42,053 nt of DNA, from the NCBI GenBank assembly GCA_964406295.1, contig CAYORB010000003.1, positions 1 to 42,053 of the forward strand, given 5' to 3'. Under the pieces are notes generated by a model. The model made no database searches. It saw nothing but the letters and a program-made list of their open reading frames with translations, and had not been told where the DNA came from. This DNA comes from an uncultured Candidatus Peribacteria bacterium. Its GTDB lineage: Bacteria; Patescibacteriota; Gracilibacteria; UBA1369; LOWO2-01-FULL-3. Both the position numbers and the translations under genes were made by a program. Each line of letters opens with the position of its first letter. The stretch's first letter is position 1. Positions 37,539 through 42,053 of this stretch are shown here, piece by piece.

Positions 37539-38546
37539 ATGCAAGACACTTTATTGGATAAATTAAATCAGATCAGAAAAGGACGTGATTTAAAAAATAC
37601 AGACATTATAAGTATAGAAGATTTATCAACAGAGGAAATAGAAATGATACTGGAACTTGCAACAGAAATGGAAGATTATCTTCAAGGCAACATGAAAAAA
37701 TCCAACTTGCTTAAAGGTAAAACACAGATCAATTTTTTCATGGAAAATTCAACTAGAACACGAACATCTTTCGAACTAGCAGGTAAAAATTTAGGAATAG
37801 ACACTATCAACATAGCTGCCAGTTCATCTTCACTAAAAAAAGGAGAAACTTTATTGGATACAGCAATTACTATAGATCAATTACAACCAGACATAGTCGT
37901 AATGCGAACAGCTTCATCAGGGGCTGTGAAATTTTTCGCTAAAAACGTGAAGGCAGCAGTAATAAACGCAGGAGACGGCTGGAACGAACATCCATCACAA
38001 GGATTATTAGATCTACTTACAATGAGAAGATTTGTAGACAAAGATTTAAAAGGTAAAAAACTTGTAATCGTTGGAGACATACTCCACAGTCGCGTGTTTG
38101 GTTCACTTGCAAGAATAGCAAAAAGATTCGGAATGGAAATCGTGGTAAGCGCACCACATACATTAATAAGGCCAAACCTGGAAGAAGAATGGAGAATAAA
38201 ACACGAACCTAAAATTGAAAAAGCATTAGTAGATGCAGATGTGGTTTATGTACTCAGATTACAAACTGAAAGAGCAGCAGCAGCTTATGTGCCTACACTT
38301 AGAGAATATTCAAAGACATACGTGATCAACGCAAAGAGAATGAAACTTGCAAAACCAAGCGCAATAGTGATGCACGCCGGACCTGTGATTAGAGAATTAG
38401 ATGTTCATACAAACATATTAGAAACTGAAACTTCAGTGGTTAAAAACCAAGTATTTAGCGGATATTGCATCAGATTTGCACTGCTTTGGTTACTCGGCGA
38501 AAAACGTAAAGAAAAAAGCATAACACCAAGACTATTCAAATCATGA
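37539..38546 (+). CDS. pyrB: Aspartate carbamoyltransferase catalytic subunit
   Basis: ENSTRTRTSFE, KGETL, NAGDG..EHPSQ, GDILHSRV, RLQTER. Confidence 0.97.
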   Translation: MQDTLLDKLNQIRKGRDLKNTDIISIEDLSTEEIEMILELATEMEDYLQGNMKKSNLLKGKTQINFFMENSTRTRTSFELAGKNLGIDTINIAASSSSLKKGETLLDTAITIDQLQPDIVVMRTASSGAVKFFAKNVKAAVINAGDGWNEHPSQGLLDLLTMRRFVDKDLKGKKLVIVGDILHSRVFGSLARIAKRFGMEIVVSAPHTLIRPNLEEEWRIKHEPKIEKALVDADVVYVLRLQTERAAAAYVPTLREYSKTYVINAKRMKLAKPSAIVMHAGPVIRELDVHTNILETETSVVKNQVFSGYCIRFALLWLLGEKRKEKSITPRLFKS

Positions 38547-39814
38547 AAAAATTACTTATAAAAAATGGACGCATTATAGACCCTGCAAATAACATAGATG
38601 AAATTGCAGACCTACTTGTTGAAGATGGTAAAATAAAAGAAATAGGACAAAATATAGAATCAGAAAACACAGAAATAATAGACGCAAGTAACAAAGTTGT
38701 AAGCCCAGGGTTCGTAGACATTCACGTACATCTTCGTGAACCTGGCAGAGAGGACAAAGAAACAATAGCAAGTGCATCAAAAGCCGCAGCAAAAGGCGGT
38801 ATTACTTCAGTTGTAGCAATGCCAAATACCATGCCTGCCGCAGACAATCAAACAGTAATAGAATATGTGCTTTCCAAGGCAAAGAAAGAAGCAGTAGTGA
38901 ATATTTTTGTATCAGGAACAATAACCAAAGGGCTAAACGGAAAAGAGATATCAGAAATTTGGGAACTAAAAGAAACTGGAGCAATCGCAGTAAGTGATGA
39001 CGGTTTTGATATACAAAATTTGGACACATACAGAAAAGCAATGCAATATTGCAAAACTCACGACATGCCAATCATTTCACACACAGAAGATAAAGATTTA
39101 GCAAAAGACGGACAAATGCACGAAGGAAAAATATCAAGCCGATTAGGTCTCAAAGGAATTCCAGCCTGCGCTGAAGACGCCGCAACAGCCAGAATAATCT
39201 GTATATCGGAAGACACTGACCATCCCATACATTTCACACATGTCTCAACAAAAGGATCAGTAGCATTAGTAAAACTTGCTCAAGAAAGAGGTTTAAAAAT
39301 AACAGCAGATACCACACCACATCACTTTTCATTAACAGATGATGCTGTTGCCGAATACGATACTTACGCAAAAGTTAATCCACCACTTCGAAGCGAAGAT
39401 CATAGAAAAGGAATACTAAAAGGATTAACAGACGGAACAATTTCAGTAATAGCAACAGATCACGCACCTCATCTTTGGACAGAAAAAGAACGTGAATTTG
39501 ACGCAGCACCATGCGGAATAATTGGATTTGAAACAATGCTGCCACTGATAATAACTAATCTGGTAAACACAAATGTACTAACACTTCCAGAAGCAATAGC
39601 TAAAATCACTATCAATCCAGCAAAAATACTGAAGATGGAAAAAGGAACACTAAGTAAAGGAGCAGACGCAGATATAACAATTTTCGACCCAAAAGCTAAA
39701 CAAGAAATTGATAGAACAAAATTCGAATCAAAAGGTCAAAATTCCCCATTCCACGGAATGACACTACAAGGAATCATAACCCATACAATCGTAGATGGAA
39801 ATATAATAAATTAA
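38543..39814 (+). CDS. pyrC: Dihydroorotase (class I, about 423 aa)
   Basis: DIHVHLREPG, MPNT, KVNPPLR, ATDHAPH; ATGA overlap with pyrB. Confidence 0.96.
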   Translation: MKKLLIKNGRIIDPANNIDEIADLLVEDGKIKEIGQNIESENTEIIDASNKVVSPGFVDIHVHLREPGREDKETIASASKAAAKGGITSVVAMPNTMPAADNQTVIEYVLSKAKKEAVVNIFVSGTITKGLNGKEISEIWELKETGAIAVSDDGFDIQNLDTYRKAMQYCKTHDMPIISHTEDKDLAKDGQMHEGKISSRLGLKGIPACAEDAATARIICISEDTDHPIHFTHVSTKGSVALVKLAQERGLKITADTTPHHFSLTDDAVAEYDTYAKVNPPLRSEDHRKGILKGLTDGTISVIATDHAPHLWTEKEREFDAAPCGIIGFETMLPLIITNLVNTNVLTLPEAIAKITINPAKILKMEKGTLSKGADADITIFDPKAKQEIDRTKFESKGQNSPFHGMTLQGIITHTIVDGNIIN

Positions 39815-39822
39815 AGCATCTT

Positions 39823-40872
39823 TTAAATTTTAGAAAGAAGCCCAAATAAATGCTTAGCACTAGGGATTCTCGCAAGACGCTCCACAGGGTCTTTCTTCAA
39901 CAACTCCATAACTAATTCACTCAAAAAAGAAGGTATTTTATTATTTCTTCTATTTCTATAAACTATAGGAATTGGAGGTTTTTCTCTATGAGCATCTCTA
40001 GAAGACTTAAAATCAGAAATAAAACCAGGCACATTGTCATAAGGATGATGATTCATCAATAAACGATAAAAAACACAGGCTATGCCATATAAATCAGAGG
40101 CAACACCAGCATTATTTTCATAAGCATCTATATCACTCCCTTTAGCAGGCCAAGATTCTGGAGCTATAGTACTCAGATTACCACCAAAACAGTTTTTTGG
40201 TGACAATACTTTATGATGAACCAAACCATAATCTAACAAAACAACTCTAGAACTGCCTTGATCATATATAATATTATCAAATTTCCAATCCCTATATACA
40301 TATCCCATCTCATGCATATAATGAGCAGCAAAAGCTAAATATTTCGCAATATACACAGACTCAGCAACAGAAAACCTATATCTATCATTGACCAATTTAT
40401 TAAGAGTATCACCTTCAACATATTCCATAACAATTTTTTGACAATCATTATTAGTATCCATAACAACAGCATACAATTCAGGAAAAACTGTTAATAAAAT
40501 TTCATTATTAATTTTCCCACGTAACTTTTCAACCAAAGCATTCAAAGACATCAAAACAGCAGCTTCACGATTCATACATTCACGAGTAATTTGCACCTTT
40601 TTCGACAATTCTTCAGAGACAATATCAGGATCAAAACATTGTCTAAGCTCTTTAACAACCACATCAACCTCATATTTAGCACTCTTAGCACGCCACACAA
40701 CACCATGAGCACCACTGCCAATAACATTATAAAGTTCAACTCCCTCATTCCCTTCCGAAATAATTAAAGGAGATATTACACCCTCCCACCCTGAACATTC
40801 TTCTTGAACCACCAAACTTCCCACCGGACCTTTCTCCGAACTCAATTCTGAACTTAGAGAAAACATAAACAT
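39823..40872 (-). CDS. Hanks-type Ser/Thr protein kinase, soluble
   Basis: GSGAHGVV Gly loop, VVVK, alphaC Glu (REA), MEYVEG, YRDWKFDN, DYG, APE, SDLYGIA. Confidence 0.88.
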   Translation of the reverse strand: MFMFSLSSELSSEKGPVGSLVVQEECSGWEGVISPLIISEGNEGVELYNVIGSGAHGVVWRAKSAKYEVDVVVKELRQCFDPDIVSEELSKKVQITRECMNREAAVLMSLNALVEKLRGKINNEILLTVFPELYAVVMDTNNDCQKIVMEYVEGDTLNKLVNDRYRFSVAESVYIAKYLAFAAHYMHEMGYVYRDWKFDNIIYDQGSSRVVLLDYGLVHHKVLSPKNCFGGNLSTIAPESWPAKGSDIDAYENNAGVASDLYGIACVFYRLLMNHHPYDNVPGFISDFKSSRDAHREKPPIPIVYRNRRNNKIPSFLSELVMELLKKDPVERLARIPSAKHLFGLLSKI

Positions 40873-40894
40873 TTTTTATAAGACTTCCTGGATG

Positions 40895-40924
40895 ATACTA
40901 CACAACTTTTTTGCAAACATGCAA
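40895..40924 (-). promoter_or_regulatory. Possible promoter of the kinase gene
   Basis: Minus strand TTGCAT-N18-TAGTAT, divergent from the carA promoter. Confidence 0.4.
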
Positions 40925-40955
40925 GCCTCGCCATACATATCTATACAACATACCC

Positions 40956-40984
40956 TTGCACTCCCCTCTTCTCCACAATACAAT
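40956..40984 (+). promoter_or_regulatory. Putative sigma70 promoter of carA
   Basis: TTGCAC-N17-TACAAT, 10 nt before the ATG at 40995. Confidence 0.6.
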
Positions 40985-40994
40985 GCTTCAGAAA

Positions 40995-42053
40995 ATGAAT
41001 AAAATAAAACTCATCCTCAAGGATGGCACAACATTCTCCGGAGAAAGTTTCGGTGCAGAAGTACATTCTGCAGGGGAGGTAGTTTTCAATACTTCTATGG
41101 TTGGATACCCAGAAAGCTTCACTGACCCTTCCTATACGGGACAAATCATGGTTTTAACATATCCACTAATAGGAAATTATGGAGTTGGAGATATTTGCAG
41201 AAACGAAGACGATATTTCAGAAAGATTCGAAAGTGATGATATTCACATAAAAGGATTAATAGTTAGTGAGTATTCTGAAAATCACAATCATTGGGATGCA
41301 AAAAAATCATTAAGTGAATGGTTAAAAAAAGAAAGCATACCAGCTATTTCAGGTATAGATACCAGAGCCTTAACTAAAAAAATACGTGAACATGGAACTA
41401 TATTAGGACAAATTGTTCCAGACAACGAAGAGAAAGGGAAATTTTACAATCCTGATTTAGACAATCTAGTCGCAATGGTTTCAACAAAACACGTAAAAAC
41501 ATATAATAGAGGACCAAAAAAAATAATTTGTGTAGATTGTGGAATGAAAAACAATATTTTAAGAAACTTTCTAGATAGAGATGTAACAGTAATTCGCGTG
41601 CCATGGGACTACGATTTTATGGAAGCAGGACTAGAATTTGACGGTATTTTTCTATCAAATGGCCCAGGTGATCCATCAATGCTAACAGAACTACATAAAA
41701 ATCTCAAAAAAGCCATGGAGCTGAAAAAACCTATTTTTGGAATATGTCTTGGATCACAAATCATGGCACTCGCGACAGGCGCTAAAACTTATAAATTGAA
41801 ATTTGGCCATAGATCACAAAACCAACCTTGTATAGACACAGAAACAGGCCATTGCTATATCACAAGCCAAAACCATGGATTTGCCATCGACCCAAAAAGT
41901 CTTAAAAAAGGATGGAAAGTATGGCTCAAAAACGCTAACGACAATACAGTAGAAGGAATCAAACACGAAACTCTTCCTTTCTTTTCCTGCCAATTTCACC
42001 CTGAAGCAAGCCCAGGACCAACTGACACACAACACTTCTTCGATCAATTTGTA
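40995..42053 (+). CDS. carA: Carbamoyl-phosphate synthase small subunit (runs off window end; absent from ORF track)
   Basis: Hand translation: GEVVFNT, TDPSYTGQ, YPLIGNYG, GIDTRALT, SNGPGDP, GICLG, SQNHGFA, QFHPE; no stop before the window end. Confidence 0.97.
   Translation, partial: MNKIKLILKDGTTFSGESFGAEVHSAGEVVFNTSMVGYPESFTDPSYTGQIMVLTYPLIGNYGVGDICRNEDDISERFESDDIHIKGLIVSEYSENHNHWDAKKSLSEWLKKESIPAISGIDTRALTKKIREHGTILGQIVPDNEEKGKFYNPDLDNLVAMVSTKHVKTYNRGPKKIICVDCGMKNNILRNFLDRDVTVIRVPWDYDFMEAGLEFDGIFLSNGPGDPSMLTELHKNLKKAMELKKPIFGICLGSQIMALATGAKTYKLKFGHRSQNQPCIDTETGHCYITSQNHGFAIDPKSLKKGWKVWLKNANDNTVEGIKHETLPFFSCQFHPEASPGPTDTQHFFDQFV

Noticed and set aside
331-42047. Numerous 60-150 aa ORFs antisense to or overlapping conserved genes
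   Set aside because: Shadow ORFs of housekeeping genes with no recognisable motifs; only 36921..37415 and 39823..40872 fill real gaps.
1-42053. Genetic code 25 (UGA = Gly)
   Set aside because: All conserved proteins are full length under code 11 with no internal TGA.
40995-42053. Apparent non-coding or pseudogene region at the window end
   Set aside because: It is an open carA frame that lacks a stop only because the window ends.
1-42053. tRNA, rRNA, CRISPR arrays, IS elements, introns or inteins
   Set aside because: Spacers are short, no cloverleaf or repeat-spacer pattern was seen, there is no transposase or integrase, and conserved proteins have no large unexplained inserts.

Overview
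AT-rich bacterial chromosomal region, almost entirely on the + strand, read with genetic code 11. It holds ssb, rpoC, the str cluster, a split S10 cluster, the spc and alpha clusters fused directly to rplM-rpsI, a P-type ATPase/trmD/rsmA cluster, and a near-complete de novo pyrimidine cluster (pyrD, pyrK, pyrE, pyrF, pyrB, pyrC, partial carA). The missing rpmD (uL30), the lack of Shine-Dalgarno sequences and the retained pyrimidine synthesis suggest a CPR/Patescibacteria organism, probably Peregrinibacteria-like (inference). I found no rRNA, tRNA, CRISPR array or mobile element. The most unusual items are: (1) an intact but catalytically dead P-type ATPase homolog (pseudo-pump) next to a canonical Ca2+-type pump and translationally coupled to trmD; (2) an unannotated bL36 with a 15-aa basic insertion; (3) a CaCA antiporter splitting rpsJ from rplC, with each half carrying its own promoter and structured leader (a terminator/antiterminator before rpsJ, a multi-stem RNA before rplC); (4) ssb sitting where rpoB is expected; (5) a soluble Hanks-type kinase and an orphan lipoprotein inserted antisense in the pyr cluster. 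All structure and composition calls were made by eye, not computed.
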